Made by a program: the position numbers and the translations under genes. A stretch of DNA of 39,757 nucleotides from an uncultured archaeon (GTDB lineage: Archaea; Asgardarchaeota; Thorarchaeia; Thorarchaeales; Thorarchaeaceae), in NCBI GenBank assembly GCA_964631415.1, contig CAZVZC010000015.1, forward strand, positions 1-39,757, in the 5' to 3' direction. The notes under the pieces were generated by a model, which was not told the DNA's origin, made no database searches, and saw only the letters and a program-made list of their open reading frames with translations. Shown here piece after piece: positions 19,043-28,656 of this stretch. Each line of letters begins with the position of its first letter. The first letter of the stretch is position 1.

Positions 19043-19876
19043 CTACAACATGTAACGGATGACGTCATCGAGAATCGCATATATCTGAATACGATCCATG
19101 TCTTTTTTGACGTAGGGCATGGCGTGCTCAAATATCATGGTCCGGTAGGCCGTTGGGTCCACGACTTCCCTTGTCACATCACTGACCACTTTGAGCATCT
19201 CCTCAAGAGCCACTCTCAAGGTCCTGTAGAGCACATTGTAGATGTCAATGGAGATGACCTCGATACCCGCCTCATCAATTGGGACTGCTGCGAGAAAGGG
19301 ATAGGTCTGAATGAGAGGCTGTATCCGTTCTCTGATTCCATCCACAAGTTTCTTTCGCGTCCTCTTGTCGACTTTTACCTCCATGATGGCCCTGAAGAGG
19401 TGGTTATAGACTTCAAGTGAGTCCATTGACTTGCTGGCCACGAGACTGTCATCCGTTTCTTCAAACTGTGCAACCAGTTCGTCGATGAAGTTGGCATAGT
19501 GGGTGAAGCTCTCAGGGTTTCCTTGCCACTCCTTCAGTACTGAAGCTACGTCGGACCCTTCGGGGATCTCGTTGCGCATGAACTCATTCAGCGCGTACTC
19601 TAGGAGGAAACGCATGTGTCCTGTACGAGAGGCCTTGGAAACCGCCATGACGAAGAGAAGATTGTCATTCGCCAACCAGACGTATCTGTTCACCTCTGTG
19701 TCAATTGTCTTCAGAGTTTCGTTGGTGGCCTTGTCTATGAATGTGTGAGTAGCAGAAAGAAAGGGAGCTATCAAATCCATGTCGATGTCTATCCCGGAGT
19801 ATGCCCTCGCGACCAAGTTCCTACCTGTCTCTCGCTCAATCAACCACACTCCATGGATAGAACGTTTGTCTGACAT
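19043..19876 (-). CDS. Longin-like domain protein
   Basis: N-terminal IHGVWLIERETGRNL...DMDLIAPFLSATHTF...LKTI...NLLFVMAV pattern typical of Asgard longin domains; helical C-terminal region. Confidence 0.7.
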   Translation of the reverse strand: MSDKRSIHGVWLIERETGRNLVARAYSGIDIDMDLIAPFLSATHTFIDKATNETLKTIDTEVNRYVWLANDNLLFVMAVSKASRTGHMRFLLEYALNEFMRNEIPEGSDVASVLKEWQGNPESFTHYANFIDELVAQFEETDDSLVASKSMDSLEVYNHLFRAIMEVKVDKRTRKKLVDGIRERIQPLIQTYPFLAAVPIDEAGIEVISIDIYNVLYRTLRVALEEMLKVVSDVTREVVDPTAYRTMIFEHAMPYVKKDMDRIQIYAILDDVIRYML

Positions 19877-19990
19877 GAGGGACCGGAAGTGGAACCGGAA
19901 TCTAAGGAAATAAGCGTATGTCATACTGGGAGATACGCGGGATTCAGCTGGTTCTCAGTCAGACGCGCAAGACACACAATATGCTCAGGG

Positions 19991-20050
19991 GCCCAATGAA
20001 AGAAACCCCGACTCAAGCCAAGAGTCGTTGACCGGCGTTTCCTCTTGGGC
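19991..20050 (-). other. Long imperfect hairpin in the tfb/longin intergenic region
   Basis: Minus strand GCCCAA-GAGGAAAC...CGACTC-TTGGCTT-GAGTCG...GTTTCTTTC-A-TTGGGC; G-U pairs favour the minus strand. Confidence 0.5.
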
Positions 20051-20130
20051 TGAAGGGAGTCCGCATCATACCTCAACCGGTGGGATCCAGTCCCTCGATG
20101 AGAGTCTTGATGTTCACGATATGACTGCGA

Positions 20131-21093
20131 CTAGGTTGTCGAGATTCCCAGTCGCTCCACCATCTCTTTGTACCGATTGCGGACAGTGACCTCTGTGACA
20201 CGAGCCGTGCGAGCTATTTCGAGCTGAGTCTTCCGTGCACCCGTGAGAATGCTTGCGACATAGATTGCGGCCGCAGCCATCCCCTTCGGGTCCTTACCTA
20301 TTGTCAGCCTCTCAGCTCTTGCTAGCTCCAGTATGTCTATCGCCTTCTTCTTGGCCTCGCCCGGCAGGCCGAGCTCTGTGCCGAATCGGTGCACGAACTC
20401 GACAGGATTACTGTGGGGCACCTTCAGGTCGAGGTATCTGAGTATCAACCGCACACATAGGCTCAGTTCCTTCCGTGTTATGTGAATCTGCTCAGTGACC
20501 TCCTCCAAGGGACGAGGCACCTTGTGTTCCCTGCACGCAAGGTAGAGCGAAGCTGCAATCATACCAAGGATGGTTCTCCCTCGCGTCAGACGTTTCCGGA
20601 GGGCCTTCCTGTAGATCACAGCGGCAGTTTCTCGGATTGAGTAGGGAATACCCAGCTGAGAACTTATTCTGTGGAGCTCCGTCATTGCAACAGCAAGATT
20701 CCGTTTGTCGGATGAGTGCACCTTAGTGCGGATCTGCCACTTGCGAAGTCTGTGTATCTGTGCTCGTCGCGTAGAAGAGAGCTTTCGTCCTGATGCGTCG
20801 ACATTCTGCCTGCCGATTATCGTTGTGAGACCCTGATCGAACTTGCTCCAGTCAGTGGGGCCTCCAACACGCTGGCGGGCATTCTGCTCATCAGCAGTGA
20901 ATGCACGCCACTCTGGACCCATGTCAATAGATCGGTCAGACAAAACAAGCCCACAGTTGGGACAGATCACTTCTCCCCTTGTGTGATCAATGTACAGCTC
21001 GCGAGAACTACAAGCAGAACAAACATAAGCGGTTGCATCCATGCGCTCTCCAGGTCTTTTCGTCTTTGATTGTCTGCTGGCCAGTCCAATCAT
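20131..21093 (-). CDS. tfb: Transcription initiation factor IIB
   Basis: Zn ribbon CSAC...CPNCGLV, B-reader GPEWRAF, LRKWQIR, two cyclin repeats, TEVTVRNRYKE. Confidence 0.96.
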   Translation of the reverse strand: MIGLASRQSKTKRPGERMDATAYVCSACSSRELYIDHTRGEVICPNCGLVLSDRSIDMGPEWRAFTADEQNARQRVGGPTDWSKFDQGLTTIIGRQNVDASGRKLSSTRRAQIHRLRKWQIRTKVHSSDKRNLAVAMTELHRISSQLGIPYSIRETAAVIYRKALRKRLTRGRTILGMIAASLYLACREHKVPRPLEEVTEQIHITRKELSLCVRLILRYLDLKVPHSNPVEFVHRFGTELGLPGEAKKKAIDILELARAERLTIGKDPKGMAAAAIYVASILTGARKTQLEIARTARVTEVTVRNRYKEMVERLGISTT

Positions 21094-21470
21094 CTCCCTG
21101 CAGTCTCTACCAATAGGTAGGTGCGCTGTCAGAGCTGTCGATGTTTCCTTTGCTGTGCTTACTCAGGGCGCATGAGAAAGCACGTGTGTGGTGGCAATCG
21201 TGGGGTAAGTGCTCCATGGGGGAGCGACTGTCTAGCGCTGACGTCGAACCATTATAAGCGTTTGCACGGTTTTTTGTTGTATTACTCAGTTCATGATTTG
21301 ATAGTTGTTCCCCTTCTCGCAGTCACTATCAAGCTCATGGCCGCCGTCACATCTCCCATTGATGCGCTCGAGCCCGCTTAGCTGCCGTTCACCCTGACTG
21401 ATGGTTTCTCTGACCATACACTTATGAATCGAGCCGGGCATGCGTTCTCGGAATAGAGGCGATAGCCATC

Positions 21471-23390
21471 ATGAGCAGGAAGGTCCCAGTCACAAACCCT
21501 TGGGACTCTGTCAAGGGGCTCGTCATCCGACTCTTGGCGGAAGCGACGACCTTGGAGAGCGGGAGGGTCCAAGAGTCAGTCGAGATACCGCCGGACCCGA
21601 CGCTTGGAGACCTGGCCGCGACTGTTGCTTTCCAACTGGCCAAGCAGCTCAACAAGAACCCTGTCACCATCGCCGCAGATATAGCCATCAAGATGGCAGA
21701 GCGGATCAAGTCTGAGCCCGTCCTTCTTCGTATAGAGTCAAAGGGGCCATATGTGAATGTCTTTCTCAATCGGGGTCAGTTCGCCAGATACGCTGTCGAG
21801 GCTGCGAATGCTCTGGGTCAACAGTACGGGAGAACCGGTGCTTACACCGGTAATCGTGCCTTGATCGAGTTCCCGGCAGTAAACCCGTCGAAACCATGGC
21901 ACATAGGTCATGCAAGGAATGCAGTGATTGGCGACACCCTAGGGAATACCCTCGCGGCAGCTGGTTATGATGTGGTCAAACTGGACTACATCAACGACTT
22001 GGGACTGCAGATAGCACAGCTATGCTGGAGAATGATGCAGGGGCCCCTGCCCGAACTACAGCCAAGCATGAAATACGACCAGTACCTTGGCCGGCTCTAC
22101 GTTGAGGCCCAGAAATCCTTCGAAACTGATGAGCAGGCTGAGAAAGAGATCCGTGAGGTGGCGAAGCAACTAGAAGACCTCAACTCAGAGGCTGCCAACA
22201 CCAGCGCTGCTATGGTGACAAAGTGTCTGCTTGCACAATGCCAGACCGCATACCGCATGGGTGTCTATCATCAGTATCAAGTCTGGGAAAGTATGATTGC
22301 GCACAGCGGCCTGCTCGAACTGGCGAGAGAACTCATGTTGAAATGTGAGAATGTGGTCAAGCTCGAGGAGGGTGAAAAGGCAGGGTGCATGGTGGTCCGA
22401 CTGGACACTATTGAAGAGTTCAAGGACATGCAGGAGCCCTACAAGGTCCTCTTCAGGTCTGACGGGACAAGGACCTACACTGGGGCAGACGTTGCCTTGC
22501 AGATGTGGAAGTTCGGCATCATTCAGGACCCGTTCCGCTATCAAGTCTTCGATCACCAGCCGAATGGTAAGGACGTCCTCCGAACCTCACTGAAAGGACG
22601 GAAGTCACGCATCGGGAAGTTCGATGTTGTGTTCAATGTCATTGGCTCAGAACAGGCCCAACCGCAGAGACTGATCTACACTATCCTCGACTTGCTGGGA
22701 TACAAGAAAGAGAGTGAGAATTCTCACCACATTGCATACGCGTTTGTAGACGTCGAGGGCACCGATCTGTCAGGTAGAAAGGGAACTTGGATAGGCTACT
22801 CCTGCGACGAGGTTCTCGACAAGGCAACAGAACTCGCTAGAGAAGAGGTCGCAAAGAGAAACCCAGAAGAGAGTGATAAGTTCAAGGACAAGGTTGCGAC
22901 ACAAGTCGGCATCGGTGCAGTAAGGTACATGCTGCTCAAAGCCTCTCCTGACAGGAAGATCACTTTCAGATGGAGCGAAGCATTGGACTTCGATGGGGAT
23001 GCCGCTCCATACCTTCAGTACTCCCACGCGAGAGCTCAGAGAATCCTTGAGAAAGCTGGTGAGGTCGGCTCGGCGCCGGCGGACTTAACGCTCTTGTCGT
23101 CCGAGGTCGAGTTTGCTCTGGTGAAGGCGATTGCCACGTTCCCCGAAGAAATGCTCGAAATAGTCAGGGGACTCAAAAAGAGCACATGGGGTACTAGCTT
23201 CGACTGCAACAGGCTCACATCATACTGCTACGGACTGGCCAACCTGTTCAGCAGGTTCTATGACTCGTGCCCAGTGCTCAAAGCTGATCCAGCCGTGGCT
23301 GCGGCCCGACTAGAACTCGTGAAGGCCTTCAGGACAACAATGGGAAACTGCCTAGAAGTGCTTGGGATACCGGTAGTGGAGAGAATGTGA
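21471..23390 (+). CDS. argS: Arginine--tRNA ligase
   Basis: NPSKPWHIGHARN (HIGH), YINDLGLQ, RSDGT..Y, LSGRKG, PYLQYSHAR, FY..CPVL. Confidence 0.95.
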   Translation: MSRKVPVTNPWDSVKGLVIRLLAEATTLESGRVQESVEIPPDPTLGDLAATVAFQLAKQLNKNPVTIAADIAIKMAERIKSEPVLLRIESKGPYVNVFLNRGQFARYAVEAANALGQQYGRTGAYTGNRALIEFPAVNPSKPWHIGHARNAVIGDTLGNTLAAAGYDVVKLDYINDLGLQIAQLCWRMMQGPLPELQPSMKYDQYLGRLYVEAQKSFETDEQAEKEIREVAKQLEDLNSEAANTSAAMVTKCLLAQCQTAYRMGVYHQYQVWESMIAHSGLLELARELMLKCENVVKLEEGEKAGCMVVRLDTIEEFKDMQEPYKVLFRSDGTRTYTGADVALQMWKFGIIQDPFRYQVFDHQPNGKDVLRTSLKGRKSRIGKFDVVFNVIGSEQAQPQRLIYTILDLLGYKKESENSHHIAYAFVDVEGTDLSGRKGTWIGYSCDEVLDKATELAREEVAKRNPEESDKFKDKVATQVGIGAVRYMLLKASPDRKITFRWSEALDFDGDAAPYLQYSHARAQRILEKAGEVGSAPADLTLLSSEVEFALVKAIATFPEEMLEIVRGLKKSTWGTSFDCNRLTSYCYGLANLFSRFYDSCPVLKADPAVAAARLELVKAFRTTMGNCLEVLGIPVVERM

Positions 23391-23391
23391 T

Positions 23392-24741
23392 TCATCCAGA
23401 TGTCACTTGAGCCGACTCGACGACAATCGATGGCGTCACCATGGTTCCAGTCGCCCTCGTATCAGCGCCCACTCTGTGGACCCTCTGCAGAAGGTCGCGC
23501 ATGTTGACACCGACAAGCGTGCTCTTGACAGGATGCTTCACTTCTCCGTCCTTTATGTAGAATCCTTCCATTATCATGGCACTCAAGTCGCCAGTTGTCA
23601 TGTTTGGTCTGTCCCCAGTGTTGCGACATAGGACACCAACTCTGACTTCTGAAACAAGATCGTCAAGCGTTCCTTTCCCAGGAGTGATTATGAAATTGGA
23701 ACTCGCAATGGATGGCGTGCCGGCGTACGAGGGACGACTTGCGTTGCCTGTGTTCTTGATCCGGTCCTTGTTTGCTGTATAGGAGTTGTGTAGAAGACTC
23801 TTCAGGACGCCTCCACTCAGAATCTCAGTGCGCTGTGACGGCACGCCCTCTGCGTCGAACACACGCGATCCGACGCCCCCCTTGAGGACACCGTCATCAA
23901 CTATGTGCAATTCCTCAGAGGCGATTCTAGCTCCGATGGCATCCGAGATGTATGACCGCCCGAACTGCACCTCTTCTGCATTGATGGCTCCAGCGAAGCC
24001 ACCTCCAATCACTGTACTAACAGCAAGAGGAGCCAATATCACAGGCATCACCCCACCCTCGACGGTCTTGGCACCCAGGCAGTGTAGGGCATTCTCCGAT
24101 GATGACCTGCCCACCCATTCCGGATCTATGTCTTTGAGGCGTCGCGAGATCTGGTATTCGTAGCTGGCAGTCTGATCGCCTTCTTCTTTGATCGTGGGGT
24201 AAGTGTACAGGGTTACAGAAGTGGTCTGGTCAGAGAGTGAGATTCCCTGTGAACTGACGATGGCCTTTGTGCCTGACGAAACGCTCAGTTGGGCCTCGAT
24301 GGCGAACTTCTTGCCAGCGAGCACAGCCTTGGCTGAGTCCACAGCTCTGATCACTAGCTCTGCGGCATCGTCTGATTGCATGCTGACAATGGCACGGTCA
24401 TAGAGACCAGTCACTGCGGGGTAGCGCTCCTCTGAGGACGGGAGACTCACGAAGCTAGGGTCGGCGACGGACGCTTTCGCGAGCCCTACAGAGTTCTTGG
24501 CCGCTTCTTCAATGTCTTCATCAAGCAGAGTTGTTACGTAAGCAAAGCCCACACGCTTGCCGATCACTGATCTGATTCCGCACCCTGCATCGCGCCTCTC
24601 CGAAGCACTCTTTATGGCACTGTTCTCAACATCGATTGAGAATGATCTCGCTGAGGCCAGATACACCTCAGCTTGTTCTGCTCCAAGGCGTTCCGCTGTT
24701 TTGACCGCTTTCTCGCCAATCGCCAACAACTGCTGTTTCAC
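23392..24741 (-). CDS. pmbA: TldD/PmbA family protein, PmbA/TldE-type subunit
   Basis: AEVY, GIRSV..KRVGFA, FDAEGVP, TGNA.R, TGDLS; no HExxxH motif. Confidence 0.88.
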   Translation of the reverse strand: MKQQLLAIGEKAVKTAERLGAEQAEVYLASARSFSIDVENSAIKSASERRDAGCGIRSVIGKRVGFAYVTTLLDEDIEEAAKNSVGLAKASVADPSFVSLPSSEERYPAVTGLYDRAIVSMQSDDAAELVIRAVDSAKAVLAGKKFAIEAQLSVSSGTKAIVSSQGISLSDQTTSVTLYTYPTIKEEGDQTASYEYQISRRLKDIDPEWVGRSSSENALHCLGAKTVEGGVMPVILAPLAVSTVIGGGFAGAINAEEVQFGRSYISDAIGARIASEELHIVDDGVLKGGVGSRVFDAEGVPSQRTEILSGGVLKSLLHNSYTANKDRIKNTGNASRPSYAGTPSIASSNFIITPGKGTLDDLVSEVRVGVLCRNTGDRPNMTTGDLSAMIMEGFYIKDGEVKHPVKSTLVGVNMRDLLQRVHRVGADTRATGTMVTPSIVVESAQVTSG

Positions 24742-24742
24742 T

Positions 24743-26128
24743 CTAGATACCTCCTACTGGCACACCACGAATCCGAGCGTGCGGTCCCCCACTGTTGTCG
24801 GGCACCAGCTGCCCATTCTTTCCACATGTACCCGCCTCCATCTCGAAGTCCTTGGCAATCCCATCTATCTTGGCGAGCACGTCTAGGATTTGCCCTGCAA
24901 GAGAAACATCACGCACCATCTGCCCCAATTCCCCCTTCTCAATGAGATAACCGTAACTCGCTTGGAACATGAACTGCCCCTTAGACGGCTCAGTGTAGCC
25001 ATAGTTGAAATCGCATAGCAGCGCCCCTTGCTTGGTATCCGCAATGAGATCTTCCACCTCCCAGTCACCACGTTCCATGAAGGTGTTGCTCATGCGAGGA
25101 ATAGGCTCATACATGAAACTCTGGGCCCTAGCTGCGCCATTGGGTTCCATTCCCAGTCGGCTGGATGACTCAAGACTATGGAGCAGGTCTGTCAGAATGC
25201 CGTTCTTGACAAGATTCCTCTTACGAGTCTTTGTGCCCTCCCAATCGTATTCGAAAGTGCCTCTCTGATTGGCAAGCGTTGGATCGTCGCTCAGGTTGAG
25301 AATCTCCGGGCCCACCTTCGTTCCGACCTTATCTTCAAGGACGGTCGCATGAGCCGGCCAACAATCTGCCTCACATGCATGGCCAAATGCCTCATGAACC
25401 ATGACACCATTCAGTATAGGATCCATGATTACATCATAGACGCCGCCCTTTGCGGCCACTGACGAAAGCAGCTCAACAGCCAGTTTTGAAGACTCCTCTC
25501 CCAGAACCTGCACTTGCTCTGTCTGCATCTGCTCAAAGCCGCCCCTCACGCCGACTGACTTGTAGGCACGCTGTCTGTTGGCACCATCCTTGGCTGTCGC
25601 CATGCAGGTGATCCGTGGCAGAGAGTTCTCTATGTGGACAGCCGTGCCCAAGGAGTTGGCAACATATAGCTCGGTCGACATGTCAGCATATGTTGTTCGG
25701 GTGTTGGAAATCCTCTTATCGAATGCCCGAGTTTGGTCGTCTATCATCTTGGCGAAGCCGACCTTCTCTTCTATTGACACGTCCTGAAAGGGTCGCTTGA
25801 CCTCTAGATGGACACTGTCAGTGAAGGCCTTCCCCTCAATGCTGAACTTAGCAGCCACACGTTCATGTGTGGCAAGCGCCAGCTTGGCGACGGACTCACC
25901 AGTGCGACGCATACCGCTCGGACTGAGGTCGGTGCTCTGACCGAATGCCCAAGCCCCATCAAAAAAGGCCCTTATCCCGGCACCCTTCAGTCGCGACATG
26001 GTCGCTCGCTTTGTGATTCCATCGGTCATCTCAATGTTTGTCGTGATGGTGTTCTCAATACGGACATCAGAGAAAGTGGCCCCAACCCTGATGGCTGCAT
26101 CAATGGCTGCTCTTGCAAGACTCTCCAT
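24743..26128 (-). CDS. tldD: TldD metalloprotease subunit
   Basis: HEAFGHACEAD, YDWEG, PIPRMSNT, GTCGKNGQ, GGPH. Confidence 0.92.
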   Translation of the reverse strand: MESLARAAIDAAIRVGATFSDVRIENTITTNIEMTDGITKRATMSRLKGAGIRAFFDGAWAFGQSTDLSPSGMRRTGESVAKLALATHERVAAKFSIEGKAFTDSVHLEVKRPFQDVSIEEKVGFAKMIDDQTRAFDKRISNTRTTYADMSTELYVANSLGTAVHIENSLPRITCMATAKDGANRQRAYKSVGVRGGFEQMQTEQVQVLGEESSKLAVELLSSVAAKGGVYDVIMDPILNGVMVHEAFGHACEADCWPAHATVLEDKVGTKVGPEILNLSDDPTLANQRGTFEYDWEGTKTRKRNLVKNGILTDLLHSLESSSRLGMEPNGAARAQSFMYEPIPRMSNTFMERGDWEVEDLIADTKQGALLCDFNYGYTEPSKGQFMFQASYGYLIEKGELGQMVRDVSLAGQILDVLAKIDGIAKDFEMEAGTCGKNGQLVPDNSGGPHARIRGVPVGGI

Positions 26129-26319
26129 AATCGGCCGTCCCTGCCAACATAGCGCCATTGACCCGGAATATAACAGATTTGCACACCGCATTCACACCGA
26201 TTGACGAGCAAGAGTCGGCCTCAAACTGGGTTTCCCTGCTAATACCGACGTGATACACGGCCAATTATTCAAGACTGAACCACGGTACAGCTTGAGCCCA
26301 GAGGTCCGGAGGAACACAG

Positions 26320-27873
26320 TTGAACGAGGATCCTTCAGTCCATGCATGTCAAGTGTGCGGAAGCAATCGAGCCACTCATCTCTGTGAGGACTGCGGAGAG
26401 ATACTGTGTCTGGACTGTATGGAAACGAAGTCCAGTGTGCATTATGTGTGCAGTAATTGTCATCATGCGCTAGGGACACCGCGGCCGGGGGAGAAGTTCG
26501 AGAGATGCCCCGAATGTGACTCGAAAGAGCTGAGCCTTGGCAAACGCCTAGAAGAGATCTGTCCGAGATGTCACTCCGCGCGTACGACTCCAATCGAGGA
26601 GAGGAGAAGGGCTCTTGCACAGGACATGCGGCGTGCAATCATGAGCATCCAGTACGGCCACATAAGGCTGAGAGACTTCACGAATAGGCTCACAACAGCG
26701 AAAAGGCTTCTAGTTTCTCTCAGGATGGCCAACTTCCTCCACTATCGGTGGTTGGAAGATAAAATCGAGGACATACAGACTGAGCTTCCGGCCATCAAGA
26801 ACAGGGTTGCCAATCAGGCTGAGATCGTAGCCAAGCAGATGAGCGCTGAAACCAAGGGCTTTCTCGACTATAACACATGGTCAGCAGCTCAGTTCCCCTT
26901 CATAGGGGGAGTAACCAACCGCATAACAGAACTTGGCAATCAGTACAGGCGCAATGTGGATGAGGCTCTTGAGAGTGTACGACTGACAATCTCGGACCTG
27001 GAACAGCAACTGGATGGACTGGACTACTACAAGAAGCAGTTTGCAGGTTTCTACGAAACTGCCGAGCTATCGGTCAACGAACTGCCAGTCTGTGCCTTGC
27101 CTGAGATAAGGATAGCAGGCAGTGACTTCCTGAAAAATGACAAGGCCCTGGGCACGCTCTACATAACGAACAGGAGACTCGTCTTTATAGCTGAGACAGG
27201 TCGGCTACGCAAGAAGACTGACATCGTATTCGACTTCCCTCTCATGTATCTGAAAAGCATTGAAGGGGACGGTCGTCTGAGGAAGAGAGTTGTCCTGAAG
27301 ATGAAGCAGGGCGACGTTAGGCTGTCCTGTAACGAGCAGACAGAGAAAGTGCTGCCAGACTACGTTGAGATCGCCAGGAAGTTTGACAAGTACATGCAAT
27401 CGGATCTTCAGAGGACGAGAAAGCTCGGCCAATCAGATACCACCATCAGCGATGTCAGACTCAAAATCGAGGAGCTTGTCTACTCACTTCTCTCCTCAGG
27501 CGCCGCGGTGAACCAAGGCAGAGGAGCCACACAGGCAATCGGCGCATATCCGAAACAAATGGGGCCATATCCGGGCGTCACCCAGTTTCGAGGTGACTTC
27601 CAGCAGAGCAGCAGTCCCTACTTGCGTGACCGACTGAGAAGGGACCTCGAAGGCATGTTTGAGAACCGAGGACAGCCACATGGACCCGATGGCTCAAACA
27701 GTGGCATGTCCAACAGCGACATGTTGGTCATCAATGATGCGATAAGGGACACTGTGCACCTCTTCAGGAGCGGGCAACTGGTGCCCGAGGACTTCATCAG
27801 GCGATACAAGGGTCTCATGCGTGACTCGTACGACACTAAGAGAAGACTCGAGTCTGCTCCAAGATATGGATAG
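26320..27873 (+). CDS. ESCRT-I-like multidomain protein: B-box/Zn fingers, coiled coil, PH/GRAM(GLUE)-like domain, steadiness box
   Basis: CQVC..ATHLCEDCGEILCLDC B-box-like plus three more CxxC; long helical region; GTLYITNRRLVF PH/GRAM motif; C-terminal INDAIRDTVHLFRSGQL..EDFIRRYKGLMR resembling the Vps23/37 core; adjacent to ESCRT genes. Confidence 0.72.
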   Translation: MNEDPSVHACQVCGSNRATHLCEDCGEILCLDCMETKSSVHYVCSNCHHALGTPRPGEKFERCPECDSKELSLGKRLEEICPRCHSARTTPIEERRRALAQDMRRAIMSIQYGHIRLRDFTNRLTTAKRLLVSLRMANFLHYRWLEDKIEDIQTELPAIKNRVANQAEIVAKQMSAETKGFLDYNTWSAAQFPFIGGVTNRITELGNQYRRNVDEALESVRLTISDLEQQLDGLDYYKKQFAGFYETAELSVNELPVCALPEIRIAGSDFLKNDKALGTLYITNRRLVFIAETGRLRKKTDIVFDFPLMYLKSIEGDGRLRKRVVLKMKQGDVRLSCNEQTEKVLPDYVEIARKFDKYMQSDLQRTRKLGQSDTTISDVRLKIEELVYSLLSSGAAVNQGRGATQAIGAYPKQMGPYPGVTQFRGDFQQSSSPYLRDRLRRDLEGMFENRGQPHGPDGSNSGMSNSDMLVINDAIRDTVHLFRSGQLVPEDFIRRYKGLMRDSYDTKRRLESAPRYG

Positions 27874-27888
27874 AGTGCGGAGCGGTGA

Positions 27889-28512
27889 TTAGACGCCTAG
27901 CTCCTTCTCAAGCGACTTGATAGCTTCCTCGAGCTCCTCGGCCTCGGTCACTGGTCGCGTGCCTGAAGGCGCGCCAGCAACCCCTGCAGCTGCATCTATC
28001 TCCTCCATAGCAGCTGCCATGTCCTCTGAGGTCACCTGACTCTCTTTTGTCGAAACGAGAGCCTCCTCTGATATGCCGCTCTCAATCTCGAACTCCTCAA
28101 GCCTGTGAGTAATCTCATCCAGATTCTGAATAACCTTCGTCGAGTCTGTTGCCTCGCTCAACGTGCCAAGTATCTTCGCAACCTGTTCAACTGCTACTCC
28201 AGTCTTAGCGGTAGTCTGGGCCCGAGTGATGTGAGCGAGCACCCTCAGGAGATGAAGACGTGAACGATCAACTGACAGAGCAAATCTCCTGAAGCGGATC
28301 ATCTCCGCCGCGTAGGTCCTGTATGCGTCCGTGTGACCCTCCTTTCGGGCACGAACTGCTCGGGCCTTAGTATCGCGCTCCTCTTTCTCAAGCCTGTTCC
28401 TCTCACGCTCAAGCTGCTTAGTCAGTATTCTGAGCTGGCTTGTGGCCTCTGTGATATCGGGCTTCCTACGACCCCACGACATCGCCTTCTTGATTGTACC
28501 CAATGGGCTCAC
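27889..28512 (-). CDS. ESCRT-III Snf7-family protein, Vps2/24/46 (CHMP1-3-like) class
   Basis: LRILTKQLERERNRLEKEE..TK.....ARKEG...AYRTYA.EMIR; basic N-half and acidic C-half; C-terminal amphipathic helix EELEEAIKSLEKEL (MIM1-like). Confidence 0.88.
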   Translation of the reverse strand: MSPLGTIKKAMSWGRRKPDITEATSQLRILTKQLERERNRLEKEERDTKARAVRARKEGHTDAYRTYAAEMIRFRRFALSVDRSRLHLLRVLAHITRAQTTAKTGVAVEQVAKILGTLSEATDSTKVIQNLDEITHRLEEFEIESGISEEALVSTKESQVTSEDMAAAMEEIDAAAGVAGAPSGTRPVTEAEELEEAIKSLEKELGV

Positions 28513-28543
28513 CGCATCCAGGGATAGACTCCCAAGTCGATTT

Positions 28544-28587
28544 CGAAGGTTGTCCGTTTAAACCTTCGCAGAAGGCAACGAACCTTC
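28544..28587. promoter_or_regulatory. Tandem inverted repeats overlapping a TATA-like box in the ESCRT-III/vps4 divergent promoter
   Basis: CGAAGGTT-N9-AACCTTCG (28544-28568) spans TTTAAA at 28557-28562; GAAGG-N7-CCTTC at 28571-28587. Confidence 0.45.
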
Positions 28588-28656
28588 ACCAAGAATGAGT
28601 CCGAGCAACCTCGATCCAGACCACTAACACACAAACTCTTAACCGCTGAAGAGCAA

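Noticed and set aside
19930-20050. GAGGAAACGCCGGTC on the minus strand resembling RNase P RNA conserved region I
   Set aside because: No matching CR-V (ACAGAA...GCTTA) downstream, too little space, and the motif is paired within a local hairpin.
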